A stretch of DNA of 64,000 nucleotides from Eledone cirrhosa (GCA_964016885.1 OZ024743.1:115506001-115570000), one strand, 5' to 3'. Counted from the stretch's first letter, positions 1 to 14,900 are shown. Program-made: numbers and translations. The notes: generated by a model not told the origin, from the letters alone.

Positions 1-269
1 ACAGCGAAGACCATTTGTTGTCCTTCTCCGAGACAAATTGTTTCCCTTCAGAAAACTCCCAATTGATGGATGTGAAATCCCAAATATAGGGACTATTAAA
101 TGGCTTCCAATGTAAATATATCACGTGCTATTATTTTGTACCCTTTTCCTATGTTCTTTACGCTTTCTACGTCTCTTTCTACGCTTCCTCTTACATCTCT
201 CTCTCATTACCACCTGATTGTCTTACCAGGAGATTTACTCATCTGCATTGTTGAGGCTTCTAAAACGGG

Positions 270-303
<34 letters not shown>

Positions 304-485
304 AACATCATTTGCGAAGCTTTAGTATGCTCAGACGGAGAAGATAATTTTGAGTACAGACAGGTGCCTATACAATAGGAAAAAGAAGTTGCCAACAGCT
401 CAACAGCTACTGAATTCTCTAGCCATTGAAGATATGGACATTTTACTACAATTGACTGTCTGAATTAAGGTCCTGAATCAAACAG

Positions 486-530
<45 letters not shown>

Positions 531-1167
531 TTTTATATTTGTATTAATCTCCTGAGTCTAACAATTAACCGGTTAATAATTCTCTTGACAGATTAATTGC
601 ATAAGTTTATTTTAAAACTATTCGGTTGAATGCTTATTCGATTTGTGCTATTTATGCAATTTTTTACATGATTTACACATACTGAATTCATTTGCCGAAA
701 TCTGGGGTTTTTCCCCTTCTGTGTTACGCATGTGCTTTTACAAACCCCTGCGTCATTCACAAAGTAGGTGCAGAGCAAAATACATGTCACCTGATAACGT
801 GATATTCCTTGTTCGATCATTATACCAAAAGCTTATAGTTTTAAGTAGACAGTATTATTGATTTAGCTGTCATAAAAACCCTGCATTTGGATTTTACCAT
901 CAATTCTAATGGGTCCAGGTCGATTATATATGTGTATATGTATGTATATATATATATGTTTTTATCATTTATTTTGTTTGACCTGTTTAGCTTGACTTGT
1001 TTTTTGGCTTAGGTGGTTAATGCCTTCTTGACCACTTTTTCAGTTTGGTATGCCGTTTTAACATATATGTTTAGCTTTGCTTTTTTAACTATGGAGCGCT
1101 TGCCAGCATAACTCTGATTTTGCGTTTCTTTTCGCTTCTTCTACCCGCCGAAATGCAATTCTCGCTG

Positions 1168-1208
<41 letters not shown>

Positions 1209-1297
1209 CTATTCTGCAATATAACACAATGTTAACAGTTAAATAACGTTGTATGTTGTTCACCAAGACCTTTTAACACATGTTATCACTCTATACA

Positions 1298-1482
1298 GGG
1301 CGGTGGATTGGCAGTATCGGTAGAGGGTCGGACGCCATGCTTTCCAGCATAGTTACGTCCCTTTACAATCTGAGTTCAAATCCCGCCGAGGTTGACTTTG
1401 CCTTTCATCCTTACGGGGTCGATAAAATAAAGTACCAGTTATGCACTGGGTAATTGCTGGCCTTGTGCCTAAAGTAGAAACA
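1298..1482 (+). mobile_element. tRNA-derived SINE (family A), full length, with TSD
   Basis: A-box-like TGGCAGTATCGG and B-box GAGTTCAAATCC. Core GACTTTGCCTTTCATCCTTACGGGGTCGATAAAATAAAGTACCAG resembles the Meta-SINE domain (from memory). 16-bp TSD GTTATCACTCTATACA at 1282-1297 and 1483-1498. Confidence 0.9.
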
Positions 1483-2970
1483 GTTATCACTCTATACAGT
1501 TTGGAAATGGATATTACCCATCCGTTCAACAATAGCTAAATGTAGCACTTGTTTATAGTTTGTTTTTAAAGCCAAGTCATCTGATATTACATAGTTCGAA
1601 CTACATTCATAGAATGAATGCCAATTTTGAAATTATTTTACATTCGTTTCTTTTCTTGCCATTTATTAATATTTTCCCCATTTAATTCTCTATTGTTCGG
1701 GATTGTTTTTTCTCAAACATTACCAAACAATGTGTGCTCATATATTGTATAATTGGGCATATTTAAATATTTCAAAATTATTGTATCTTCGCTTACTGTA
1801 TAATACATTACTTTTCTTATTGTATTTGACACTATTCTATTCATTGCATATGCACCAATATTTTGATATCTCTTTTTGTGTTGATTTCAGAAAGAAGACT
1901 AAAAGAATTGTTAAACATACATACCCACAAGCACGCACACACACACAGACAGACAAACACACACACACACACGCGCGTGCGCATATATATCAATTCATTA
2001 TATGTTCGACCTCCAAAATAAAAAAAGTCGTCTTCAAGCAGATGGTTTTCCTTTATATATTACAATAAAACATAATTTCAAACACTGTTTACAGTGTAGA
2101 AGCAGCTGTCTATCTGTTTTACTTTACAAAACATATATATATTACTCCGGTGGGGAATGGCGGAAAAAGTACATGGCGTTTAAATTATATATAATGAAAT
2201 AATAGAAAATGAAACAAAACTCCATAAAATAAGTTAAAATGAAATGGCACGAGACGAAACTTTATTTCAATCTATTTTATACTATTCCATTTCTCTTAAT
2301 ACAATTTACTTTTTTATTATCAATAATTCACTTTTATGTTGTGAGATGTCCAATTTTGTGACATGCTAAATTACCAAGATCCTTAGTCTATTTTCTACAA
2401 TATAGCTCCTGTTATATGATTGGCTCTCAGACCATTATCTCTTTTTGGAGTTATACAAACAATATGTTATTACCACCAGGTATATTATAAGGTTGATGAA
2501 TCATTAAATGGAACCGCGTTAACTCTTAATCATGAACTGTAGCTTCAACTGATTTAAATACACACATACACAGACACACAAACACACACACACACACACA
2601 CACACGAACACACACGAACACACACATACACCCACACGCCCCCACACATACACCCACACACACACATATATATATATCGTAGGTAGTACGGTGAAATATT
2701 AGTGTTGGTAACAAATCATGCACTCTATGCACAGGCAGAGTGTATATAATAGAAATAAACGAGGAAGTTTCGTTTACATATGGAAAATAAGTATTCTTTT
2801 GAAAATATGTATATCTTTTGTCGCCTCACTAGTCTGGGGAGCAGATCGATACTGGAGTCGAGTCCATAACTCATATGGGTCAACTTGAGCCAATCCTCTG
2901 CGAAACGCGCGTAATAGGTCGATAAGCAATACATATTTTTCATATGTAAACGAAACATCCTCGTTGTTTC

Positions 2971-3020
<50 letters not shown>

Positions 3021-3022
3021 GT

Positions 3023-3088
<66 letters not shown>

Positions 3089-3769
3089 GTGTGTGTGTAT
3101 ACATATAATATACCTGTAGAAGCCATTTCTATATGAAATGTTTGTTTCTACTTTTGGCCCAAGGCCAGCAATTATCTCAGCGCATTACTGGTACTCTATT
3201 TTATTGACACCGTGTGTATGTGTCTATGTACTGTAGACGCTCTGAACAGAACCTTATTGACCTTTTTACTGAGAAATATTATCGATATATATTTCACACG
3301 TATCGATTAAAATTAAAATTTACTCATTTCTAATCCGAATTCCTCTAAATTAGTTTGAGTTGAGAAAAATGAATTCAGCTGGAGCTCTTTCTAGCATTCC
3401 TTAAGGCTTATCCTGTTTTGTCTACCTATGTAGAGATCATTTAACTTCCAAGGGTGGATGACTAGTATTTAATGCAGCGTGAGAGATATATTTTAGCAAA
3501 GATTTAAATATAGAGACGAAGAGACCCATTGTTTTTAATGGTGTGTACCAAATTCGATAATTGGTGCTCGATAGTAATTACTATAATAGATGGTGGCCTC
3601 TCTATCTAAGTACAGCATAATCCGTATATAAGTACAGCAATATTCTAACATCTAAGAGTATGTTTTAAATTTTTATTTACATATACAAATCATTTGCTCC
3701 ATATATATGTACACAATTTTTGATTATTTCTCAATTGATATATCCACGTATATATCGTTTATAAATATA

Positions 3770-4808
3770 CTAGCTGAATTACCCGGTGCTGTCCTGGTTA
3801 TGCTGTTCTATTTCAGATTAGTAAATAATAATTATGTAGATATGTTCTTATTGTTCTCATATTTATTTCAAAATATCTACATTTCATGAAAAAAATATCA
3901 ACATTGTAATGATAAGAGAATTTAGAAATGAAAATCTGTCAATCTTGAAGCACCTTAGCGTAAACAATATTCATTGTGTAATTTTTGGTTGGTGTCCGCA
4001 AGAATAAAGTGTTACTGCACACTCACAGACATACACTCTCATATACACTCACGTACCTATACTAAGACAGACACACACAGACAACCATTCACGCATAGCT
4101 TTTCACCTCATAATATTTTGTCAGTCACCTCATATGTATATGTATGTTTAGATGTGTGTGTCTATTTAATAACGTACTTAACGAACGTGCAAACACACAC
4201 ACACAGACACATTAATATACAAAATGTGATGATGTAGTCGTTGTATTATTTACTATTGTTTTAATACAAATGAAAATAAAAATTATCAGACAAACACTTA
4301 CGCTCACACACACAAACACTCTCAAATACATTCACACACATACACTCTCACATAAACTCACATGCATATACTAAAACAGACATATATTCACGCACACCTA
4401 TTACTTGTCAGTCATCACATATGTATATCTATGTGTAGATGTGTGTGTTTAATTCTCTGTGTGTCAAGATAATGTGTATGCAACTTACTAAGGTTATATG
4501 TATGTGTGTTTAATTCTCTGAAGACTAACGTATGTAACGTACTCGCAAACATACACACACTCACAGACACATGCACACTCATATTCAAAATGTGACGCCA
4601 TTGTGTTGGTGGAGGTGGTATGAAATGTCCTTTACTATAGTTGACTATACAGAGATTATTTTAGCTATACTGTTTTAATCAAACTGAAAATGAAAATTCC
4701 ATGTTGACACTCCCGTGTAAAATTTGATTTGATTTGGACGAGCCGTTCAAGAATACATAGGAAACAGACAGAGAGACAGAGACACAAAGAATTCTATATA
4801 TAGAGAGA
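3770..4808 (-). mobile_element. Non-autonomous Helitron-like element
   Basis: On the minus strand it starts TC, ends CTAG with an imperfect GC-rich hairpin just upstream, and sits between A and T. It has an internal ~300-bp tandem duplication and an ACAG-type microsatellite near the 5' end. Confidence 0.6.
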
Positions 4809-4904
4809 TTATATTATAGATGCACTGAAGAGAAGTGTATTCAATTTTTACTGAGAAACATTATAGATATATATTTTATATGTATCGATTAAACCAAAAC
4901 TTAA

Positions 4905-4969
<65 letters not shown>

Positions 4970-4971
4970 CT

Positions 4972-5372
4972 AGGGCGGGTAAAATTCCCGAGTTCTCTCC
5001 AGCGGTCTCAGTCGCTCATTATCACTGCCATGTCCTGTGTCTCCAGGACATTAACATTAACATTAACATTAACCTCGGTCTTCCACATTCCAGTGTGTCC
5101 ATGGAGGGGCTCCCACAGGAGCACTCAGTGCAGTGTCAACTCTGGATGTCGGTCAGCATGTCCAGCTAACCTCAATCTCCTCTGTGTCACTCTCGAGCTG
5201 ACTTTTGGGAGGTTCCCTTACAGCGCTTAGTTCTTTAACCTCGGTGTATACTGATTAATGTTCAGAGCCATCCCCAGCATTCTCGTGTAGCACCCATCCA
5301 CCTTCTGAGTGAGTTTCTTTGTCGTGTCCATGTCTCAGACCCGTACATACAGCACAAACTCCACTACAGCAA
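4972..5372 (-). mobile_element. RTE/RTE-X clade LINE 3' fragment (degenerate)
   Basis: Minus-strand translation with frameshifts gives YGSETWT..KVDGCYTRML..RRLRLAGH..LLWEPLHG, the typical RTE C-terminal signature. Confidence 0.8.
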
Positions 5373-5759
5373 TATGTGTATGTATGAAGAGAGAGAAACA
5401 AAAAACAATGTGTGTGGGTATTTAAATGTAAACGAAAATGTTTTAGAGATGTTTTGATTCTTGGTGCGATAATGTCGATTAATTAATTACTTTCACTCAT
5501 CGCCTCACCAGGAATATTTAAGATATTGGTAAAATAAGAATGAAGAATATTAACAAAAATATAAGTTAAAGATTTTAATTTAATTGGTAACAACACCCGT
5601 TCATTTTAAAACTGGTAGTGTAACACAAGATAATACAACTGTATTTTTTTTAAAGGAGAGATACCATAGTTACAGCCCTAGTTATATGGCTATTAAGGGT
5701 TTGAGTACCCTCTAACCTTGGGCTGTTTATTAATTATATATATATAATTATGTATATAT

Positions 5760-6115
5760 ATAAGTATGTACACGTACATACATATATGTATACAGACGTA
5801 CAGTAGTATGTATATATATATACATACATGCACACATATATATATGTACGTATGGATTCACCGATCATTTATTATATTTAAGTAACAGCCGTAGTGTCCA
5901 GCAACCATCGTTGCTCGTTTGTTCAACACTGACAAAGGAACGCTGTACTAGTTTCAAGCTTATTAGCTATCGTCAGCAACTTATACCTTCCTGCCAGATT
6001 GTTGAACGTGTATACTTACTTTATGCATATTAACGGCTGAGTAGCCCAATTTGCATATCGAGTGGGTGCACCGAAAACGATAAACGGAAAAAATGTAACG
6101 AAATTTCATTTCCCA

Positions 6116-6119
<4 letters not shown>
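5760..6119. repeat. Unclassified dispersed repeat (family X)
   Basis: Homologous in reverse complement to 15510-16105 and 61480-62020, e.g. GTTCAACACTGACAAAGGAACG versus CGTTCCTTTGTCAGTGTTGAAC. Confidence 0.75.
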
Positions 6120-6165
<46 letters not shown>

Positions 6166-6198
6166 TATACTACGTTTTTACTAGACAGTGGCAATACG

Positions 6199-6266
<68 letters not shown>

Positions 6267-6268
6267 CG

Positions 6269-6326
<58 letters not shown>

Positions 6327-6328
6327 CG

Positions 6329-6363
<35 letters not shown>

Positions 6364-6384
6364 GTTCAAGAGTAACCAATCTTA

Positions 6385-7438
6385 AAGAGAGAGATGGAGA
6401 TAGGAGAGGAGATATGAGAGGAGAGATTGGTGAATTAGTTAGAAGCCAAAGCGTAAAGGCATGTGCACAATGTGCAATATGCAGTAGAAAGCAGCTAGGT
6501 GGCTGGGTTCATGCAGAAGTTAGGTGTGCAGAGCTGGAAATATTCATTAGTTAAGCAAAACAAGACCACACATTTCACAAGGAAGACATTATTAAAAGAT
6601 TGTCAACCTATTTTAGTTTGATGTAAGGAATGTAGAGAATAATAATAATAATATTAATAATAATAATGTCCGTTTACAATTGTTTCGCTACTCCATATCA
6701 TATTTCTGGATCAGATGACTATATATCATAATTGATCTGGTTCAGTTGAAAATAATTAACATATTTAAAAAACAGAGTGGCTCATCGGAACTTCAAAGGA
6801 ATATAAATTAAAATAATGAGATAATGTTACATAATATAATGTTCCATATATTGATTTTTACTATAGTGTCATGGTTGCATCAGTTGTCAGCCATTATCAA
6901 GCAGTATTCATCTGTCGAGGCTGCATTATGTGAGATCTGCCTATGGGTAACAAGATGGCTGCCAAAGGGCATATTTACCTTACTAATTAGAGGGTGGTTT
7001 CAGGGGAAGTAACTTCTCGAGAGATTAGAAATTGTGGGTGTTTATAGTTAAGTGCTAATAACATTTTTTTTTTAATTGAGAGACAATGTAGGGGAGGTAA
7101 CTTATAATTATCGAGTTCTTCATAGCAATTTAACTTATTAGCTACAAGTAAAAATGGGGCTAGATGACTAAGTTGGGTCAACAATTCTATTTGCGAAGGA
7201 ATTAGCCCTTCGATGTTGACAGTTAATAGTTACCTCCGTTCTATTGTTAATCGGTACAGGTCGTGATAGAGTTATGTAATATGGTTCCGTAATACAGAGA
7301 TCACAAGATTTTAAACGGACATTATTATTATTAATATTATTATTATTATTCTGTACATTCCTTACATCAAACTAAACTATGTTGACAATCTTTTAATGCC
7401 TTCCTTGTGAAATTTGTGGTCTTGTTTTGCTTAACTAA

Positions 7439-7443
<5 letters not shown>
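6385..7443 (-). mobile_element. 5'-truncated Penelope-like element with inverted terminal copy
   Basis: 6585-7312 is the reverse complement of 14790-15508, the 3' end of the PLE at 13149. 6541-6676 and 7312-7443 form an inverted repeat. (TA)n lies on both sides. Confidence 0.85.
6672..6791 (-). ncRNA. Type I hammerhead ribozyme fold (C4 variant, long stem II)
   Basis: Minus strand: GTT-CCGATGA-GCCACTC...GAGTAGC-GAAA-CAATTG-TA|AAC. Stems I and II pair and stem III is palindromic. Confidence 0.7.
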
Positions 7444-7493
<50 letters not shown>

Positions 7494-7899
7494 TACGCTT
7501 TTCATGGAAAGCGGTAATACGAAACGCCGTGTGGTTGCAGTGAAACACCTCAATCGTAATGACTATATTTTGCTATTTAATTTTGTTAGCATATTTAGAA
7601 TAGAAGCAAACACACACGCCAACATACACACACATAAATACACGCATTGAGGCACACATGTGCATACATGTTTATATTTTATCTACATATATGTGTTGAC
7701 GTATGGATGTATATGAGCTTCAATCTCAGTGGGGGTCAATTTTCATTTTAATGTACATCTATTTTTCTTTTCATTGTTGAATACACATATTTATAACTAA
7801 ATATCTACTCTCATTTGAATTGCTGAAGGGAAACACATGTAGATATATTTCAACGTGATACGACTTTCATTGTATAATGAAGAGTCAATATAGACCTCC

Positions 7900-8570
7900 C
7901 GATATCTATATCAAATTCTAATTTTTTTTTTTATGTTTTACAAAGCCAAGCGTAAAATGGCCCGGTATGCAAATGAGTCTAACCAGCCGATGTATATTTT
8001 AGAAAATATTATATATATATCAATAATGCACTGGGTAATTGCTGGTCTTGTGCCAAAATGTAGAAACAATTATATATATTTACAACAGTTCACGCGAATG
8101 GCAGAGAAATACACAGTCCTAACAAAAGGCAATCATCCAGAAACATGTTGACAGTTTTTCTATGTCACTGCTTGAACGAACGGATGACGGTCGTCATCTA
8201 AATAACATAGGATAATGAAAGTCTTTGTTTGCAAATTATTTTTAATATTCCATATAAAACTCATAAATACATTTATGTAACCCGCTATGTCAGAGCCGGA
8301 AATCAAATTCTAATTTTGTTTTTAATTTTGGTCAAAGCCAGCCTTAAAATCGCTCGGTATGCACATTAGGTTAATCAGCCGATGTATATTTTAGAAAATA
8401 TTAACAGTTCAAGCAAGTGTCAGAGAAATACACAATCTTGACATAGAGCAATATCCCAGAAACATGTTTACTGTTTTTTTATGCCACAAAGTCATCAAAA
8501 TTACATAGCGTAATGAGTTTCTTTTTAGTGGATATTCGATATAAAACTCATAAATACATAAACACACGTA
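7900..8570. repeat. ~390-bp degenerate tandem duplication
   Basis: CAAATTCTAATTTT...CAGCCGATGTATATTTTAGAAAATATT...ATAAAACTCATAAATACAT occurs at ~7912-8271 and ~8304-8559. The first copy contains a SINE 3' fragment. Confidence 0.7.
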
Positions 8571-8588
8571 CACACACACACACACACA

Positions 8589-8636
<48 letters not shown>

Positions 8637-8758
8637 TACATATATATATATATATGTGTGTGCATGTGTAGTGTGTGCCTGATTTAATGTGTATATATAA
8701 CTGCACTTCTATCCGCATTTTTTTTTGTATTAATCAAACATGAATAATTATTTAATTT

Positions 8759-8809
<51 letters not shown>

Positions 8810-9654
8810 TACACACACATGCGCGCGCGCACAAACACACACACACACATATATATATATTTATATATACATATATATATCATATATATATCATACATAT
8901 ATGATTGTGTTTTTCGTACAAGATTTTATTCTAAAAATAATCCTTTCGACTTTATTAACATGGTTTAAGGTTATACTTTTCTCATATTTTCATACTGATT
9001 TAAGCTTCAGTAATGTTTCTATTACTTTTCTCAATAGATTCTGTTAATGGTATTCTTATAAGTGTTGTTACTTCAATTAATAAATATTATTAAAGCTATA
9101 AGCTCTTGTTGCATTCCTGTAACATTATTTTAGTGTGTAGTATACGTGCATTAGAGTGTAAAAGTCAAGCAAAGTAAATTTTAATCACTATGCTTTATAT
9201 TTTTATAACTAATCATTTTTTATTTTTTATTTAGTCATCCGCAGAGTTTTACCAAGTGTATTTAAATGTGTTTTAGTTTTCGGAATGGAGATATTCAGAC
9301 GTGGTGATGGAGAATAAATAATTATGTATGACATCCTACACCCGGATATATCTCCGTAAACAATAATTCTCTACATGAGTAGGCCATGGAGACAACATCT
9401 TGGTTTGAGAGACTTTGCCAGGCAGTGATATTAAGTTAGACATGGCCTGGACCAATACTGGTCGAAATCTATCAATTGCATCAAAATTATATTGGTTAAT
9501 CGATTCTGAAGTAATCAATAGAGGAAAAATGTATTTTCGTACTGTATTGATAGAATCGTTCGTATATCAATGAAATATATTTAATGTAATATAATCCTTG
9601 TTATTTTTATACATTTTACATAGACTCTGTGATATTGATAATTTAAACTATATA

Positions 9655-9722
<68 letters not shown>

Positions 9723-9939
9723 AGAGTATTGAAGTTTGCTTGAAGCATTGTGGAATAATAGGTAAATATCTTTAAGTCGATTGGAAGCCTCGACAATGCA
9801 AATGGGTAAATCTCCGGGTAACAAGATCCGGTGGTGGAGAGAGAGATGTAAGTGAGTGTACGTTGAGATGCGTTGTGTGTGTATATATATATATACACAC
9901 ATACATCTCTATCTCTCTATCTCTTTCTAGATACATACA

Positions 9940-10016
<77 letters not shown>

Positions 10017-10433
10017 TGTATATATTTTCAGATATGTACACACAATCCTATATGCATACAACACCAGATGTGTAAAATGACTGGTAATAACAGTGTTTTC
10101 CAAGTAAGTAGAAGTCCTAAGCGCAGCTTCATAGTCAAAATGATTAATGGTACAGTAAAAAAAAAATCAAGCCTTTGTGTATCCCGGAACGAACAATTGC
10201 AGGATTAAATACATCATGACATACATAGATCATTTTCATACTTTATCATATGAAGTAATATAATCAACGTTATGAACAGATATTTCTACCGTATATAAAT
10301 ATACATACATACATGCACACACACATATATACGTATATATATATATAGTAATAATACATTTGAAAACCAAAATCCCAAGAGGGCTCGATAAGGATAAATA
10401 TATATCAAATATATAAAATCCGTAGAGCAAATA

Positions 10434-12140
10434 TTTATTAAAATAACAGATTAAAGTTTAAGCAAAGAATCGCTGCTGTCAGACTTAACGGGATTTTCTG
10501 AAACTAACAAAGTCAATCTGTGAACGCAGAAGTGAATATTTCAAAAATGTTGCAACCGGAGGAAGACAGGAAGACGATACTTTGGTTCGTGGAAGCGTTC
10601 CCTGGCAAAGAACGGGAAAAAACGAATATAATAAGTGATTATATGGAGCGGCGAAAAACAAATACACGCAAAGACAAAACAACGTTTATGGTATAAAAGA
10701 AGTCGTAGACTAATATTCTCTTAGGTGGTTCATAGAGACGTTCTCTGGCAATGAACGGAAAAACGAAGATAATACGTCATATGTGGAGCGTGGAGAACAA
10801 TTGCACGCAAAGACGAAACTACGTATATTTGGACGACTCTATTTGGTTTTTAAAATGTCATAGTACCTCATTCGACGAGAGTATGGGCGCCAGCGATTCT
10901 GCGGAGGTTACTGATCGTATCGGCCTTTTCCTTCTTTTCTCTATGAAGGACGAATTCCCCAACGTGGGCGGTGGTTTGTACCGTGATGATGGTCTTTTGA
11001 CCATGACTAAGTGCGGCCTACGTGCTTGTGACAGGTTCAGAAAAGAACTCACAGCCTACTTAAACAAAATATCTGAGGCAATTTCGACTTGTAAACATAA
11101 ATTGCACAAAACTTTCCTGTATTACAGCCCCACATTATACCCTAACGGATAGTACGATCTATACGCGGATATTTTACGTCTTGTTGTGGTAGATAAGTAT
11201 ATGTAATGTTTATACCATTACTTATTTGCATAGGTATGTATATATTACCTGTATGTTTTGTAAAGGTACGTATACTTTCTCGTACGTATATTTGATTGTA
11301 TATGTTATGGCGTATATTTTATATATTCCTGTACATATGCTTTTGGTTATGTGTATACGTGAGTTTTGCGTCTGTGTGAGTATGAGGGTTCGTACGTTTG
11401 TAGGGTGTGTGTATATGTGTACTTTGTGTTTTGGATGACGTTCGTCTCCGAACATTTGTGTATTTACATGTAGGTATGTGTGTGCGCTTGTTATATACGT
11501 ATTTATTTATTTATATACGTTTATTTAAATATTTATATACACACACACATATGTATATGTGCGTGTATTTTTATACCTATGGTGTGTGTTTTCGGGTATG
11601 CTTGTGTATGTACGTATTTGGATGCGTATATGTATTTATTTAATTTCAATTACCTCTGTATTTTATTTACTTTATACTTAACTCTGAAGCCGAGAATCAT
11701 TCGGTTTCCTAGTTAGAATTTCAGTCTACGACTTCAGTTATACCATTTACGTGGATTTGTCTTTGCGTGCAATTGCTCTCCACGTTCCACATATGACGTA
11801 TTATCTTCGTTTTTTTCGTTCATTGCCAGAGAACGTCTCTATGAACCACCTAAGAGAATATTAGTCTAGGACTTCTTTTATACCATAAACGTGGTTTTGT
11901 CTTTGCGTGTAATTGTTTTTCACCGCTCCAAATAATGACGTATTATATTCGTTTTTTCCCGTTCTTTGCCAGGGAACGTTTCCACGAACCAAAGTATCGT
12001 CTTCCAGTCTTCCTCCGGTTGCAACGTTTTATGAAATATTCACTTCTGCGTTCACAGATTGACTTTGTTAGTTTCAGAAGATCCCGTTAAGGATCGTTAA
12101 GGATTCTTTGCTTAAACTTTAAGCTGTTATTTTAATAAAT
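10434..12140 (+). mobile_element. Penelope-like element remnant with ~400-bp terminal inverted repeats
   Basis: 10434-10825 is the inverse of ~11748-12138. The arms enclose a PLE RT fragment, and (TA)n/(GA)n lies to the right. Confidence 0.85.
10840..11072 (+). pseudogene. PLE reverse transcriptase core fragment
   Basis: FDESMGASDSAEVTDRIGLFLL...GGGLYRDDGLL, matching the PLE RT MGS and YRDD motifs. Confidence 0.85.
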
Positions 12141-12247
12141 AAATAAATATATATATATATATATATATACATATATATGTGTGGAGATATACGTATATAT
12201 ATATATGTATGTATGAGAGATGGAGAGAGAGGGAGAGAGAGTGAGTG

Positions 12248-12359
<112 letters not shown>

Positions 12360-12845
12360 CACAAAATAAACTGAGCTATTTTAGAACCTTATATAAAGCC
12401 TTTTCAGATTTAGTGAATAGAATACATTAAAAAGATCATAAGAATAATTCAAATATTCAAATTTCTAACAAGAGACAAGAGATAAATTTCTAAAAGTACG
12501 ACAATATCGTAGTGAACACTAATATTCGTTTTCCAAGTTATCTAATATGAAGAAAACATAATGCATCAAACCAAATAATTGATTGAAAACTATATAAATT
12601 CGACACATGTTTTCTGTAAAGATTTGAATGTATTGGAAAATCAGACATGAAATATAATATAATATATATATATATTATTATTATTTTCTATTTGTTTGCA
12701 AAATATAGTAAGAATATTATGTTTTTATCATTTGTATCTATGTATATCTATAGCTATGCATACATTTACTCAAATTTCTAAACGTTACTGTGTTAACATT
12801 TGGTGATGTTGCACCAGTGCGAGTTGCTGTTTTAATGATATATGT

Positions 12846-13150
<305 letters not shown>

Positions 13151-13252
13151 TTCATTAGTTAAGAAAAAAAAGGCCACAAACTTCACAAAGAAGACATTAT
13201 TAAAGATTGGCAACTTATTTTAATTTGATGTAAGGAATGTAGAGAATAATAA

Positions 13253-14900
13253 CTGCTCAACAAAGCACTAGCCCTAGCCACCACCAACTCGGACATAACC
13301 AATAATGAGATTAACATCATACTTATGGCTAGGCAGACTATCATTGAATTCAACGGAGCACTCTGGACTAGAAAAGATAGAACAGACAACTTTGACATTA
13401 CGATGGGCTCAAGTGACTCCGCGCAAATCACCGATTTAGTTGGGATTTACCTATTACGTAACATCAGAGCCGAAATCCAACCCATGTAAGGGGGAATATA
13501 CAGGGACAACGCCCTATTTGCGGTCCACAATTGCACTAATCGGGGAATCGATTTGCTAAAGAAACAATTACATAGATTCTTAAAAAAATAGCGGTCTCTC
13601 TATCACCATCGACCTGAACCATAAAGTAGTAAACTTCCTAGACGTCACCCTTGATCTCAACAATAACCTTTATAACCCTTACCATAAACCAGGTGAAATA
13701 CTCACATATATTAGCCCACACTCTAACCACCCACCGGCAGTCATCAGAGCAGTAATCAAATATATCTCCTATAGGATCTCAATGCTATCAGCAAATGAGG
13801 AGATATTTATAAACCACGCACAATATTATAATAAGGCTCTCTCTGAATCTGGTTATAAACAATCAATTTACATACCTAAATGCCATAACAGAGCAACTCA
13901 CCATAATGAACTTAACACTAGAACTAGAAATACCTTAGCATATAGCCAGATTCGCCGGAATTTTAGCAGTAACAGCACCTATACAGGGAAGTTTAATGGT
14001 GGCAGCGGCCTGCTCCCAACTCCAAGTAGCAAACTAAAAATCAACCCTAGAATAGGAATGAGAAATGGGATGACAAATAACAAATCCCCAGGTAATAATA
14101 ACCCTAGGAAAGACCCCTACCAACTCCACTCGAACCCCTAGAAGGAATAGACCTAGAAACATCACCAGGCTCAAACACCCATTCTCATATAATCTAGCTA
14201 CTAATATCCCCAAACGCTTCTTCTCTATCCTATCCAAACACTTCCCCACCAACCATAGATATTACAAACTCATTAATAAAAATAACATTAAAATCTCATT
14301 ATCGACAACACCTAACCTAGCTAGCCACATGGCGTTCAGTAACCATCATAAGCTAAGACAGTATAACTCCCACACCGCGGTACCACCACCCCTATCAAAT
14401 ACACCACGCCACTACACCAATAATTACTCTAGTAGCACACCTCCCCCATCTAACCCTTCTAGCACGGACCTACCGCTTAGATTAAACAACCCTACTCTCA
14501 CTAAACGCAGAAGCAACTGCAACTGCCGTTACCCCAATGCATGCCCATTAAATGGACACTGCCTGACACCCAACATAGTCTATAGGTGCACGGTTGAGAC
14601 TGCTTCGAATACCAGCTCTTATATCGGGTCTACCTCTAACCCTTTTAAGGTACGCTATAATGCGTACTCTTTTTCCTTCCGAGACCCTAGCAACAGATGT
14701 TCGACACCGCTAGCTAGGCTCATTAAAAACCTTAAATTAAACAACGTTCAACACTCACTAAAATGGGATATCGATTCAATGGACGAAGAAAATCTTGTGA
14801 TCTCTGTATTACGGAACCATATTACATAACTCTATCACGACCTCTACCGATTAACGATAGAACGGAGGTAACCATTAGCTGTCAACATCGAAGGGCTAAT
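13253..14900 (+). pseudogene. PLE RT + GIY-YIG endonuclease, with stops and frameshifts
   Basis: FDITMGSSDSAQITDLVG, GGIYRDNALF, VNFLDVTLDL, HSNHPP, YNKALSESGY, CNCRYPNACPLNGHCL, IVYRC...YIGSTSNPFKVRY. Confidence 0.9.

Noticed and set aside
3232-4905. ~90-bp direct repeats (3232-3320, 4815-4905) as LTRs or hammerheads
   Set aside because: They are diverged, lack TG..CA ends and internal gag/pol, and stems I and II do not pair convincingly.
11678-11720. Hammerhead in the 10434-12140 element
   Set aside because: CTGAAG and a hairpin are present, but the GAAA core is missing.
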